Assembly: GCF_036321535.1 (NCBI RefSeq)
Contig: NC_087436.1
Coordinates: forward strand, 93,684,001 to 93,748,000
DNA: 64,000 nt
From: Camelus dromedarius
Taxonomy: Eukaryota
Reading direction: 5' to 3'
Shown here: piece by piece, positions 24,437 to 37,880 of the stretch
How the letters are laid out: each line of letters starts with the position of its first letter
Position numbering within the stretch: position 1 is the first letter of the stretch
The notes under the pieces: generated by a model
What the model was told of the DNA's origin: nothing
Database searches by the model: none
The model's input: the letters and a program-made list of their open reading frames with translations, nothing else
Translations under genes and position numbers: made by a program

Positions 24437-27400
24437 GTAAAATGGAGTATCTTTTTAATGGCTTAGTAGAGTGGATGTAACTTGTGATTTCTCTTTAGAC
24501 TCATTGCTTCTGCCCCAACAGGTCATCAAGGTAAGCTTTTTGATTATCATGCATGTTGCATTTGAAACCTCCAAAATGCTTCCTCTTAGTGAATAGTGTT
24601 AATACCACCTTTCAGGGATGTTTTCATTTTTTAATGGCTTTTGGTCTCTTGAAGTACCCTTTCAGGTACAGAAAGTAAGAGAGGCTGATTAATGAGAAGT
24701 GGTTAAGATTCCCTGGGGCTCCCTGGGGCACTACTTTCCTCTGTGGGTGCCACTGCACGGTGCTGGTTCCATAAAATATTTACACACAGAAGAACGTCTC
24801 TTGGCCAGGCGTGTTATAATTACTGCATATCTTATTAATATTCTTGAGCTCATTTGATTGCATGGAGAGACTATCTGCAGAATAACCCTTGAGAGCCCTT
24901 AAATACTTAATTTCTAATTTTAAAAAATCTGTTTATTTAGCAGAAGTGAGATTATTTTAGAAATAATGAGCAGCATACATTTGTGCTATCCCTGAGGAAG
25001 AAATCTGATGTTTAAACAAAGAATTTTGAGGTATTAAAATTTTTCATCATGGTACTTATTAATAGAGATTCCTGCAGCAAACCTTTGTGAATCCTGATAA
25101 CAAAATATTCAAGAGAATTACAGTTGGGAAAGGTCACGGTTAAGTAATGGCTTTTTTGGAGAAAAGAGATTTGATCCCTGACACACAGGCATTTCTGCCC
25201 TTTTCTGGTCATGCTGTTTTCTTCTTTAAGCAACTCATTTTCTTTTTCTGGGAGGACATGGTAGGAGTTTGAACTGTATCTCTTACCCCAAAGCTTCTCT
25301 ACATGTTTGTAGCCATTATTGCCCTTCCTGTCTTTAAAAGTAGACAGCACCTTCGATTAATTGACTTGCTCTTCTCTGGGAGGCAGGAAGACCTACATTC
25401 CAGCCACATCCTTGTTGTTCCTGAGCTTTGGCATCTCACCCTGCCTGGGCCTCAAATCCTCCATCTTTCAAGTGATGGGTTGGGGCTGGCTTTACCCCCA
25501 TTGACAGACCAGGGCCTTGGTTTGTTGGTACTTGGCCCTGATGATCAGACATGCGCTTCAGTTCCACTGAACTACACAGGACTTTGCTTATCACTGGGCA
25601 ATTTTGATAACTCCCTATTAATATAATATTCCTACTCCTTGAGGAAATCCCTTCCACTCATTTATTCACCTTGTGTTAGGTGTGCTGGAGGCTAAAAGTG
25701 AACAACACAGCCCTGCTCCTCGTGGAGCTTAGTGTTAAGTGCAGACCTCTTCCATCCCGGCCCAGTTGCCTCTTGGCATTTCTCCCTGGACCGCAGAGTG
25801 GTCTCCCGGTAGCCGAGCTGGCCAGGAAGCCCCTGTGCTCTCCTCAGTAAGGCCCAGAGATCCTCTCTCTTCCTCACCTGTACAGCTTGGCTCCTGGCGT
25901 CTCTGTTGGAATCCTTCTCTGTTCCAGAGCTTCATCCCCCTATTGCACCCCTTTACCGTCTTCACCCCCAGGAGTGCCCTACGACCAGAGAATGCCAGGG
26001 TGGAAGGGAGCATCGGGTACCAGTGTCCATCCCTCACAGACAGGGAGTCCGAGGCACAGAGGCCAGCGTCTGGCAGCCACACTGCGTCTAGAACTCACAG
26101 TTCCCGCATCCTCCTGAATTCTAGGCCAGAGTTCTTCTCACTCAGCTCCGCTGGCTTTGGGATCTCAGTCTGCCTGTTTTCTTTTTGTCCAGAGATGAGG
26201 AGATCTGAGATACTATTTCTGTTCAGTGAACTTCTTATCTCTTGTATGTGGAAGAAATGAAGTTCATCTCAAAGCCCACCTCTTGAGGCTGAGGTGTGGG
26301 TGGGGTAACATCCAAAGAAGGCATCCCTGGGCTTTGATTAACATGGTAGGCTTTTGTTTTATGTTTTATGCAAGAAGTCTTGGGAAGAACACAGCACAGG
26401 TGGGCTGCTGCCCTGCGGGGAATCAGGTAGCAGAGCCCGCTTCAAATCCCTGAGCCTTCCCCTGATGCCCATCATCGCCTGTTCGGCCCCCATCTGTGCC
26501 TGCGTCCACCCCCTCCCACTCACTGCCCAGGCCCCATTCCCAGGCTCAGACTGTGTCCCACCACCCACCCGTCCCACTTCCTCTCCTGGAGTTCAGTGTC
26601 TCCCTCACACATCTCCACCGCTCAGCCTCCCAGCAGGCCCTTCATGCCTTACTGTGGCTTTCAGGGTATTTTCGTAAATGTCACTTCCCATGCTCCCTTC
26701 AAGACTCCTCATGTGGCAGGGAGGACAGCTGTTATATTTCCCATTTAGGAGAAGAGGTGACTGGGCTCAGTGCGTTGAGTCAGCACGCACGTGGTGTCGG
26801 GTGGGCGTGCATCCAGGGCTCCAGCTCCGGCTCCTGCCCTCTGCCCCCACACTGGCTGACTTTGCACCTTGTGTTGTTCCGTTCCCCTGTTGTGTTGCTA
26901 ACTGAGCCGTTGTGCTGGACACAGCCTCATCTCTCCAAGAACCTTGTTAACGGATGTGTCATTTTTGGAGTTTCAGAGCGAGAGTGACTCCTATCCAAGC
27001 ACTTTAATAAACCAGTGGGTTCCTCAGATCAACCTTTCAGTTATTTGCTTCCCTGTACATAAGGCCATACACTAAGTCAAAGAACTAAGCGGATTTAAAA
27101 GGAAATAAGTTAAAATTATAGGAGCAGCGGGATGGGCAGGTGGGTAGAGAGGAGAGGAAAGAGAGAGGTGGGGCTTGAAAGACAGCCTGCCGCATTCCCG
27201 GTCGTGCAGGTGCTGACACAGGTATTAAAGCAGAGGCACTAAGGGTAACGGAGTGCCTACAGGGCCAGCTTCATGCCTTCCCTCCTTACTCATAAAACCC
27301 TGTGCGCCTGTGCGAAAGTTCTCATTCCCATCTTGCATTTGATGACACTGAGACACAGAGTGTCCCTGGGAGTCGAGCTTGAATGGAGGTCTGCTGACCC

Positions 27401-30400
27401 CCACCCCTAGCCCAAGCTTCACTACGTGTGTATTGGGGGCTTGGAGGGCCTCCAGTCTCTTCATCTCACTCCAGGGGAGGGCTGTGTCATACTCAGAGCC
27501 TTCTACAAAATGACTTCTCTTAATAACCTTGTCTCAAGTGCTAATAACAGTTGAAGAGAAATGATTATTAATCTGATGCCATTTCTCTGATCCCTGAACA
27601 GAATATATTTCGACTAGTTTGGAAACATGAGAGAAAGCAAAACGTTAAGGGCGAGAATAAACTTGTAATATGTCGTGTAAACGCATATTTTGTTTAGCCT
27701 TATCCTGAGCTGGCTTTAAAAAAAAAAATCAAATAAAAAAGTGCCAAATCTGTTGACTCAGCTGCACAAAAGTTTGAGACTGCAGGCTTCCTTACAGTTT
27801 GAAGATTTTATATCGCACATTCCAAAGTTCACCAGGGAAGTGTTAAGCACGACGCGTGATGTTTCCTCTGTGTACGCCAGCAGTATTTTTGAAAGTTTAT
27901 AAACTGGCCGGGAAGCATTTGCTGCTAAAATTTGGCACGTGATGGTCTCCCCCAGCCCATCAATTTGTTCCAAATTATTTGGACGTTGAATTTTAGAGAG
28001 AAGAGGGAGCTACACAAAATGTTTTAATGGATAACTGTTGGCTCATAGACAAGTCTTACTTGGAATTTTTCCAGCTGAAGGCGTTTCCAGGTTCCTTAAG
28101 AGAGTTTGGGTGTCGGAGTGGGGAGTGGGTCAAAGCAAGGGAGGGTCTTTTTCTCAGGACTGTGGTCTCTTCTTGATCACGGTTTACTCTGTTCTTGCTG
28201 CATTGTTCCTAGAGTCTGGGAGGGAGGGACCTGAGCAGCTCTCTCCTTAGGAGGGGCAAAATCCCATGGATTACATTAGATTCTGTGGATTTTCATATAC
28301 ATGTAGAGATAAGATGACAGCATAAAGGGACCCATCTGTCATCAATTTTCTGAATTTCTTGACCTAATCAAGTAATCATGACATTTTAGAGCTGGCAAGA
28401 ACCTTTGAGAAGCCTTTCTGTACTGATCATTGACCATTGATCATTGAATGGTATTTCTCAGCCCATGAGCCAAGGACTGTGGCCAGGATGACTTCTGAGG
28501 CTTGTAGAACATGCTGATTCCTTGGTCCCACCCCAGGCCACTGAGCTAGACTCTCTAAGGGTGGGGCCTGGGAATCTGCCTTTATTGTCATAAGCCTTGC
28601 AGGTGATTCTGTGTTGAGTTAGTACAAGAGCTGGCCTTCTAGTGAGTGTAGTCTCCCTGTAATTTATATGCCACCTTTTCTTAAATTCTTTGGCCTCATC
28701 CTAGCATCTCCTGGGAATTACTATTCTCGCCCCTCTGCTTTGAAAGCCCGTCAGTCTTTATTCCATAGAATCTCTTTGTAGTATTCTTACTTGTAGCATA
28801 CCAGTCTCCCTCCTGGGTGGGGCAGGACCTGTCCCCCTCATCTTGTGTCCTCAGCACCTGGCGCAGTGCCTGGTATGTGGCGAAGTTCATTAAATGTTTG
28901 CTGAATGAAGGACTAGACCAGCTTCGTAGCTGAGGGAGCTCTGAGTTGACTTGGTGTAGCAGCAGAGCCGGCACAGGGCCCCAGGGCCCCGGATTCTCCT
29001 CTAGGTTACAGTTTCTAAGTCGTACTGCTGCTCACAGAGACCGATTTAATCGCACAAACATTTGTCAGTCTGTTTTCTAGTTAGTTTTTTTTTTTAATTT
29101 CTCTGAATTGTGTTTGATTGATAAACCGTAACTCTGTCCTGATCGTGTTGCAGCCAACAAAACACAGAAAGCAATTTTAAAAGAAGGAAGAAATACACAT
29201 ACATATGAGTTCAGTGCTCATTAACACTGGCCTCTTCCTTGGAATTCCAGAATTCCAGGTGCTCTGCCATTTATCATCACGGCCACACATTCCAAGGCTT
29301 AAGTCTGGACAAAAGAGGATTAAGAAGCATAATTCATAACCCTTTTGTTGTCCGTAGGCCCTCAAACTTTTTATGCTTACGAATGCCCTTGTTTGTTTTC
29401 TCCTTGGAAAGAGCAGCGGATGAGGACCCTGCCATTCCCGGGACCCCCTCGGGCTTCCAGTCCCTGGGCTGCGTTCTTGACCTCACTCAGTCCACGCTCA
29501 GGGAAGCCTTCTTAGCCCTGTCTGATATATCAGGAAGTGAGTTCACAGAGCAGATGAGCACAGAGGCAGGATTTGAACCCGAGCCTCCCCGCGGGCTGTT
29601 AGCTTGAGAACCTCGGAGGAGCCCACAGAGGTGATGTGATCACAGCTTCCGTCGACACCCCTGAGGAATGTTCCTGGGCTTCCTCTCTGCCCAGCTCTCA
29701 GCACATTCAATCGTCCACTCTTGCTCTCCAGTTTGCATTTTGGTACCACTTCTTAGAGACTCCCTTGCGCCTCTAGGGACCTTCTCACCCCCTCAGACCC
29801 CATCCTCCAAAGAACACCCTGTTGGCATTGTCAAAGGAGCAACTCTAGTATTAGCTTTGTTCCAGCAGAAGGACAGTACGTCGTTTTTGTTTGATTTGTG
29901 GAATTGCTTTCCAAGATCCCAGAAGAGAAATATGGAAGAAGACAACTCAGTAGTCAAGGTCATAGAGTCAGATTCCCTTTGTGGGTCCACCCGTGTGATC
30001 ATGGAGGGTGCCGTGCTCCAGGCTGGGTCTGTCCCCAGTGTCTCTGAGGAGCTGAGGCTCCAGGGCTCTCCCGGACCTGAGCGCGATCACTGCCATCGGG
30101 GTAAGGGGTGCTGCAGCCCGGCCAAGGTCAAGACAGGCACCAGCTGTCAGTCTGACACCAGCAGCCCTCGACTGTGCAAGGCTTCAGCTGCGCTGCCTGA
30201 GAGATTCCCACTCGGGGGGTTGTTGCTCATGGAAGATGCGCTCTGTGCTTCCTTTACTGCCCTTTCTCTCTCTCTGTCTGTCTTCTCTGAGGCACGTTGC
30301 TCCACCTGCCTTCTCCCCTTTTATTGTCTTCCTTTTGTCTCTTTGTTCATTGCTCACTCCCGCCAAGCAGACTACAGACTTTCTGTAGAACCAAAGCATC

Positions 30401-32882
30401 TCTGTTGGTTTCTTTTTTTAAAAAAAGTTATTAGCTAAAATGTTGTATTCTCTTTTCTTAAATTAAAAAAAAAACAGAGATGAAGAGAATATATTGTTCT
30501 TAAAATTTAAAACAAATAGTTCTTGTCCTTGATTGCCCTTGATTTTTAAAAAGAAAAATTATGGTCATTCATATGGAGGAGAAAGTTCTTCATCCCTGAT
30601 GTCAAGGAAAATTTTAAATATAGGAGGGAGAAAAAGGTCTTTGGCCTGGTCAGAGCATGTAATGCTAGTTTCCCTTTTTCCTTGCTCGAGTTTTATGCTA
30701 AAGGAGTTTTATGCTAAAGGGTTTCCTTAGGAATACTCTTGTTACGTTAAAGTTTCGCAAAATCACTGCATAGGGCGCTTTGTTTATTTAAATCTGTAAC
30801 GTGATTGTTGGAGGTTTGCCAGCTGACCCATGTCTCCATAGAGTGAGAGCCTAGGTTCTTAGAAATGTAATCAGTGGTGACTTCACAGGGACCTCTATGT
30901 CCAAAGAGTAAATACATAAAAAAAATTAAAACACACACATACAGAGAAGTGTTTCATTAAATGCCAAAACCTTTTCTGAATATTCGTTTTAAAAAAGGCT
31001 TTTCTTTCCCTCTCTGTAATCCCAACACAGTGTCTTTTGGGTAGCTGTTCTGATTTCAGATTCCTTTTGTCAAACATGCACACTTTTAAAAAAATTTCTC
31101 CGTGAGAACACAATTGTCTTGAGTCTTCCTAATTCAGATTACATTTTCAAAGTAAAACCTAAACGAAAACCAAGTATCGCTCACGTGTTAACAGTGATGA
31201 CAGTTTGGGGCCAAGCAGGCTTGTTTTCTTTTTCAAGAAGAAATTTTAGCTTAAAATTTGATTGTGTACTTGGTGTTTCAGGTCCTTAGCATGAGCGCTT
31301 ATTAATCCCCCTACGATGATGACTCTAAACCTTTTTTGGTCACTGGCCCTCCTGAAAATATGAGAAGAGCTGGGGACCATCTCCCCAGGAAGAGACACGC
31401 ACACACACAAAGCCCACACCCGTTTCACGGGGCTCACAGGCCCCTCAGCCGACAGGTTAGGTTCTCCGGTGATACTGATTTTCTCCGCAGTGAAAACTGA
31501 ACACTGCGTTTGGGCTTTGAGGAGAGAGGTGAGGGGCTGGGCAGCTTTCCTGCTCTTGTGCACAGTAAAAGAGACTGAAAAAAAATAATAAACACAGTGG
31601 TCTAAATTCTATTTTCTTTGGAAAAAACTGCAGGTTGGGTCCCGACTCCAAAAAGGAAAGCAGCAGTGGCACCAACTGTGCAGTAGTGACAGTGGGTCCA
31701 AATTTGCAGTGACTCTGCCCACAGAGGGTCCTACAGAGCCAAAGAAACCCATGTTTCAGCACCTGGGACATTTGAACTTAGCTGCCTCTGCTTTGAGGGC
31801 CTTTACAACTGTCTTAGTTGTGTGCAGAGGTTATGGGTCAGTACTCCCTTCTCATTTTCAAAGAATTTTACTTGAAAAGTTCCTTAGTTCAAAAGTTTCC
31901 CTTGTTGATCATCCAAGCAAAGAGATTAGCCTGACAAATCAGTGGGACAGAATCATAGGATGTGGCTGAGTGTTTTATTAGTATCATTTATTTCCCCAAA
32001 TGTCACATGAATAATATTTGAATATTCGGTCAATATAATGGAAAGAAAAAAAATGTTTCCATGTTGTCCCAGGTGAAGAGAGGGAGGGAGTTTAGATTCA
32101 GAAGTCTAGTGCAAGAGGTCTCCCAGCGAGGCACGGAGTCGTGCTTTGCTCTGTAACCATGTTTAGAAGAACATTTTGGTGATCGAATATTAATCTGTGA
32201 GGATGCTTGGGTGGCAAGGAAGTAAAGCATTTTATGAACGAGAGGAATTTACATTTGATTGTCGAGAGCTATTTTTTATTTAATTAAGTCTCGGCAAGAT
32301 GTCGAGGTCCGACTGGGTTCTTTACCCTCTTTCTCCTTCATTGTCCTTTTCTCTTATAAGTGAAAAAAATTTGGCCCCCAGTTTTTTTATACCCTTCACC
32401 ACAGACGTTCTCTAGTTTCCAACCAGCACGTGAACAAGCATCATCCCTAGTTCCATCTCCACCTCAATGGGAATTCCATTCTTTTTGGTTAATGGAAGAG
32501 AAAATGTTCCTATGGAATTAGGTATGCTGGGCATTTAACACATGGACACGTACTATATGCTTTAAGTCCACATTTAGAAAGTAACTTCACTGTCTGGTAA
32601 TAACGTTCAGCCATTTGTTTTGGTAAGTAATTAAAGGGCCCTCTCTTTCCTCCTGCCCTAGTCCTCAGTGATAATCTAGGTCTAGGAAGAGGGAGCCCGC
32701 ACGTTGCCGTTAGCGTGAACTTGTTCCCTAACCCATCCTGTGAATATCAATGCTAACAACAGTGTCTTGTGTGTGTTTTTTTCTTTTTTCCTTTCCTTTC
32801 CTATCCTTTTATTATTTTCTTTCTTTTTTTTTTTTTTTTAAATCAATGTGCTTTTTTCCTATGTGAATAATTGTATGTCTAG

Positions 32883-32945
32883 AAACAGCCATGGAGTGAT
32901 TTTGCTGTTCTGAATGGGGGAAAGATTAATAGTGACATTTGGAAG
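32883..32945 (+). CDS. APBB2: APBB2 63-nt symmetric (phase 0-0) exon, KQPWSDFAVLNGGKINSDIWK; probable cassette exon with a GC donor
   Basis: gtctag|AAACAG acceptor, 21 open codons matching the APBB2 sequence as I recall it, donor AAG|gcaagt. Not in the ORF track on the + strand. Confidence 0.9.
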
Positions 32946-33284
32946 GCAAGTATATTGTTGGATTCTAGCACATTTACTATTTGGTCCTTTTTGCATGGCT
33001 GTGGCTGCATCTCCTTCTTTGTGAATACCATGCGTCCTGCAGGGACGGAGTGACGGGGCTTCTGGCTCGGGCTGTGGGGCTCACACATGTCACCTGTTTT
33101 GATGTCTCCCATTGTGAATGACTTCAGTGCACCGAGCCAGCATCAGCAGCCCACGCATGCCTTTTTCTGCCTAAGCTCACATACACTCTGCCTCGTGCCG
33201 GGAGGACTGCTCTCCCCTTTGATATTTGAGCCCATGTAATGGGCCCTCCCCCTTTGTACATTAACAGGGTCTCTTTTCCTCTAG

Positions 33285-33370
33285 GATTTGCATGCAGCCA
33301 CAGTCAACCCGGACCCCAGTTTAAAAGAATTTGAAGGAGCAACACTACGCTATGCGTCCTTGAAACTCAG
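33285..33370 (+). CDS. APBB2: APBB2 86-nt exon, DLHAATVNPDPSLKEFEGATLRYASLKL(R)
   Basis: ctcttttcctctag|GAT acceptor; CAG|gtagga donor (phase 2); FE65-family EFEGATLRYASLKL motif. Confidence 0.96.
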
Positions 33371-33461
33371 GTAGGACATTGGAAGGACCTGCCGTAACGT
33401 GTGGCTTTGTGCAGCTGGAGTTTGCAGAATTCTAAGTCCAATTTTCTGTTTTTCTTTCTAG

Positions 33462-33522
33462 AAATGCCCCACATGCTGACGACGATGATTCTTGTAGTAT
33501 CAACAGTGACCCAGAAGCCAAG
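33462..33522 (+). CDS. APBB2: APBB2 61-nt exon, (R)NAPHADDDDSCSINSDPEAK, just before PTB1
   Basis: Follows a 91-nt intron; tttctttctag|A acceptor completes the phase-2 codon; AAG|gtttgt donor (phase 0). Confidence 0.95.
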
Positions 33523-36154
33523 GTTTGTAAGAAATTTGCTTTCAGTGACCAGGTTATGTTCTTGCATTAAAATAATGACTTTGGATGACAGCCCTGTTTT
33601 TACAAACCATCAACCCAGAGCCGCTTAATAAGGAATTACCCCTTAGTCCTCTCTTGTTGCTAATCTCCCCAGCACTTAAAGTAAATTTCTCAGCCAAGTT
33701 AGGTTTGGGAAGATTTCTGTAATCATCACAGCTCTGCCTGTCTCTCACTACGTCAGATCTTTGTAGTGTGGTAAGTTGAAATTATTGTTCGAGGTGGGCT
33801 TCAGAAGCCTTTGAAGATAAGCCAGGCTCTGCCTTGCAAGGCTGAGGGAGGGGTGGTTGAACAGGTGGTCCAGACCCCTCACTCCCACCTCCTCCAGGGC
33901 AGCCTCACACCTGTGCAAAGTGGAAGCTCCTTGCCATCCGTGTTATAAACACAGGCCTGTTTTCTGATGGAAAGTGAGAGTGGCTTTTGCTCTGGACTTC
34001 TGGTGGGGAAGCAGCAGGGCCAGCGTGACGGGTGTGCGGCCAGTACAGGCGCACAGAGCCCCGCGCTGAGAATCGGGTCCCGGCGTTAACGCTGTGCTGT
34101 TGCTCTCTGGATGTTCTTAACAATTTTATCTTTGACTTTGTGTTCTGTGAGTGAAGTCCAGTGGGGCATGGAGTGTGCTCAGGGGTTGGAGCCTTGGCTT
34201 GTGCACAGTCCTGTCACCTCACCACCTCCCCAGGGTGTCTGTTCCCCTGCTCCTTGGCACCTCAGGCCCTGCCAATCTCCCCGTCCCTGCCCTGACCCAG
34301 CAATGAGTGTTGCCTTCCACCCTTCTAGGGGCCCAGGTGCTGGCCTGGGGAGAGTTGGTGGCAGGCACACAAACTCCATGGTGTCTTGGGAAGGGGCAGA
34401 GTGGTGGCCTGCCCCGCTTGGCTACTGTACAGCGCTGTGTTCAGTGGGTGACTCAGTGGGGCCTTGTGCACTCCCAGTCCAGGTCCCTAGTGTGTCCTGG
34501 CACAGGTGTTACAGTACACTCGAGGGTCCCCCGTTTGCTGTGGGCTGGGGGAGTGGGTCCGGGGAAAGTGAGGGGGATTCCTGGCTCAGTCTCTCCACCC
34601 CTGGCCAGGGCATGGTGTGTCGGCCCAGCAGGTGATGGCCTGTGAGGGTGGGCAGCCTGTGACGGCCCGCGCTCACCCTACAAGTAACCCCACGCCCGAG
34701 GTAGCACGACATTAAATAACAAACAGAAAGCACCGTGAGAAGCTGAGAGAGTGCAGAAGGGAGGAAAAACTTCATGTCTGAATACTTTTTACAACTTTTA
34801 CTCCTCACCTCGGCCCCCGCCTTTTGAACAGGGGGCCCAGCATTTTCATTTTGCATGTTTCATTTTCATTTGCGATTTATGTAGCTGGACCTAGATGCTT
34901 TTCTGGATCCCAAAGCAGTTCTGTGTCTATGAGTAAGACAGCAAACAGGTTCCTGGAGCAGTGGTTAAGTGGGGAGTACTGTGCAGGTTCAAAACCTCGG
35001 CTCCTTGGCTGGAAGCTGCCATCTCGCCATGGGTTCTGCAGGAATCCGGGGCTGCTGCTAGTCTCCTCGGCTTCATTCTGAGCACAGCTTGAGCGGGTGA
35101 CGAGCCAGCGATGTTCTAAACAAGTTCCTGGGCTGCTGCTGACACGCTGGCCTTTAAAGATAAATTTTACGGCAGGAAAAGGAAGGGATGCAGTAAAACA
35201 GGAAGGCAGGCTGTGAATAATCGGCTTTGCTACCAGGTGTTTTACAAGGGCTACCAGCAAAGGCTGCAGGAGGAGGGGTGAGTAGCCCCGCCGTCCTTCT
35301 CCACCTGTAAGGGCTGAGTGCGCACGCGTCTGTAAAGCCCAGTGTGGAACTGACGGGTGATGCCTGGCGTGGAGATGGAATTGGGGGCAGGAAGAGGAGG
35401 CCTGGTTGAGCTGTCACCTAAGATGGCACTTTCTCTCTTTTCCTCCCAGTTGTCTTGCTTACTGAACTCTTGATCTGCCACTGTTCTGTTACCAGCCTGT
35501 CTGTTCCAGCACCTGTTAGGAACTTGTTCCTGTTAATAAGGAAGCTCAGCTTTCTCCTAAGTTACTGAAGTTGTACTTAGTTCTAAACAAAAAAGCACAT
35601 GTATTGTATTATGTCTTTTATATCCTACTTTGGTCCATAAAAGATCTGAGGAGACGTATAAGAAAGAACAAATACTTTCTTTAAAAGGCACAGTAAGTGT
35701 AAGGGAATAAGCAGTGCATCTGTCTGTACTGGGACAGTAGACTGAGTTAGGACTGAGTGGACTGGGGGAAAGGGACAAACATAGCTTTTTAGATCACAGG
35801 ACTCATCACAGTTACGAAAACCAACCTTTGGGTTTATTTTTGTGCCTCCTGGTGATTATTTACATTGAGAATTCTTACGGTGAATGGCACAAATCCCCGT
35901 AAAGGTATCTTCAGATCTTAAAAGGACTTACCCAAACCACATGTGCTTTTTACTACCCTCGCCCCACCCTAGATTCTGAAGGTCCCCCATGCTACGGAAA
36001 GTCACTGTCACCCTTGAGGAGCCCACGTCTGTCGGGAGGGGAAAGGACTTCAGGACCCTGCTTTTTGTGAATCACTCTGTGCGTAAGGCAAAAGCATCTC
36101 AGTTCCTCGTGGGACGTAACGGTTTTGCTAGTGCCCCATTATAAAATCACGATA

Positions 36155-36380
36155 ATAATGAGTATTTATGGAGTGCTAACTTTTTGCCAAGCATGCTCCT
36201 AAAGACTTCATTGCTGTTGACCTTTATCCTCATGAAAATTCAGGGGGCTGAGTATCATTATCTCCATACTGCAGATGAGGAAACTGAGGCATGGAGACTT
36301 CAACACTTCAACACTTCTCTAGTTAAACAGTAGAGTCAGGATTTGAATCTAGGCTGTTTGGCTCCAGAGCCTCTGCTCAT
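36155..36380 (-). mobile_element. MIR SINE
   Basis: Core cagatgaggaaactgaggc and gtcaggatttgaatctaggctgtttggctccagagcc. Confidence 0.8.
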
Positions 36381-37649
36381 TAGACTGTCCAAAGAAAAGT
36401 CTCACTTGGAGCTTCGTTAAAGGACTGCCATCCAATAATGTGATCAGCGTCCTCAACAGTACTCTAAGTATATATAGATACATAGAAACTTGGATTTTGC
36501 CAGCTGGCATTTCATAGCATTATTTACTGGAAGCAAAGGACAAACCCATTTCAAGTAAAGTGGTGGAGGACTGTGACAATGTGGACCAGCTTTCTGGTCT
36601 GGCTTGAGGCAGAGATGAACTCTGGACTCTAGGAGTGGAGTGGATGGGCCGCAGGTTTTTTCAGACCATCCCTCAGTGGTGTAATTTCCACCAGGCTTAC
36701 AATAACAGCTGGGTCAGAGCAGGAGGAGGTTGGGGCTGGAGTGGAGCTCATCCGTGTGGCTGGTGATCAGCAGAGCCGCACGGTATAGGTGCTCCACGCA
36801 GAGGGCATCCCTTTGAGGAATTTGAGGCGTCTCACTGTGCTTCTCTGGATGCAGGGTGTCTCCTCCCACCCCTCCAATGGAAGAGAGCCAAGGGAAACCC
36901 TGCAGGAAAGGCCAGGATGATCCTGCCAAATGATAGCTGTTTCAAAATCCAGCGACACTAAACGAATTATGTTTTACAAATTTGGAGGAAGTCCATTGGT
37001 TTAGAGCTGACTTGGATGAGGCCACTTTGGAGGGGTGCCCCATCACCACCGCCCTCTGGCCCCTCCCATCTACCCCCTTAGTCACTCCTCACCTGTTAAA
37101 TGCTGCCTGGGGCACCCAAAGAGGGAGAACAGGCAAGATCTAGATTCCCAGATGTGCAAGCTTCACACAGATCTAAGGAGCTAAAGGTTATCTTTAGTTA
37201 ACCCTTTCCATTCTGTTATTTTGCGAAGGACCTGGGAACTGAGTGCCACCCATACAAGCAGAGATATCCTTTTTTTAGGAAAGTAATATTTAGTTTCATG
37301 TACGATGGAATTCTAAATATTGTCCCTGAGGAATGATTATTAGAAAGATTGTTATGGAAAATGTCTTCCTTGCTCCCTAAATGAAACTTACATGCTGAAC
37401 AGATGAAAGTCATCTTTTAGACTCTCAGGATGTGGATACAGGAATCCTCTATGGACACTCTGAGTCGGAGCATCTTGATTATCAGTCATTCAGTGAAACA
37501 TCTAAGTAGACGCATAAATGAGCAAAGAGCAAGATATTTTTATAATTCTGACAGTGTTTTTTGAGCCTGCCTAATTTTTATACAGTAAATATTTTTTATT
37601 TGATTGCAGTATGTACATTTGAGTTTGTACATAATGCTGAGAGCTCTTT

Positions 37650-37880
37650 AACTTTTTATTTTAAAATAATTATAGATTTATAGAAAAGTCACAAAGATTG
37701 AATTCCCACATACCCTTCACCTATCTTTCAGTTATAATGTCTTCATAATCGTGGACAAATATCCAAATTAAGAAGTTAGTGTTGATACCATATTATTAAC
37801 TACTAAAACAGGCTTCATTCACATTTTTCCACTGATGTCCTTTTTCTGTTCCAGAACCCAACCTAGGATACTACATTGCA
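37650..37880 (-). mobile_element. Old L1 (L1MC-like) 3' fragment
   Basis: ttttattttaaaataattatagatttatagaaaag...tgtcctttttctgttccag; paralogous to 38455-38720. Confidence 0.65.

Noticed and set aside
24269..24466. ORF-track 65-aa standalone WW protein
   Set aside because: It is the APBB2 exon read from an internal TTG and running into the intron past the donor at 24436.
29668..30438. Longest ORF (256 aa)
   Set aside because: No recognisable domain or exon structure; a chance ORF in GC-richer intron. The same applies to 25739-26260, 47441-48067 and 50923-51558.
30688..30720. Short tandem duplications (16 bp x2 here; 10 bp x3 near 49074-49103; 7-mer near 28423-28447)
   Set aside because: Ordinary slippage products. 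There are no unique spacers, so nothing is CRISPR-like.
33261..33284. Alternative acceptor ttaacAG at 33267
   Set aside because: It would add 17 nt (frameshift) and overlaps the likely branch point (TTAAC), so it is too close to be used.
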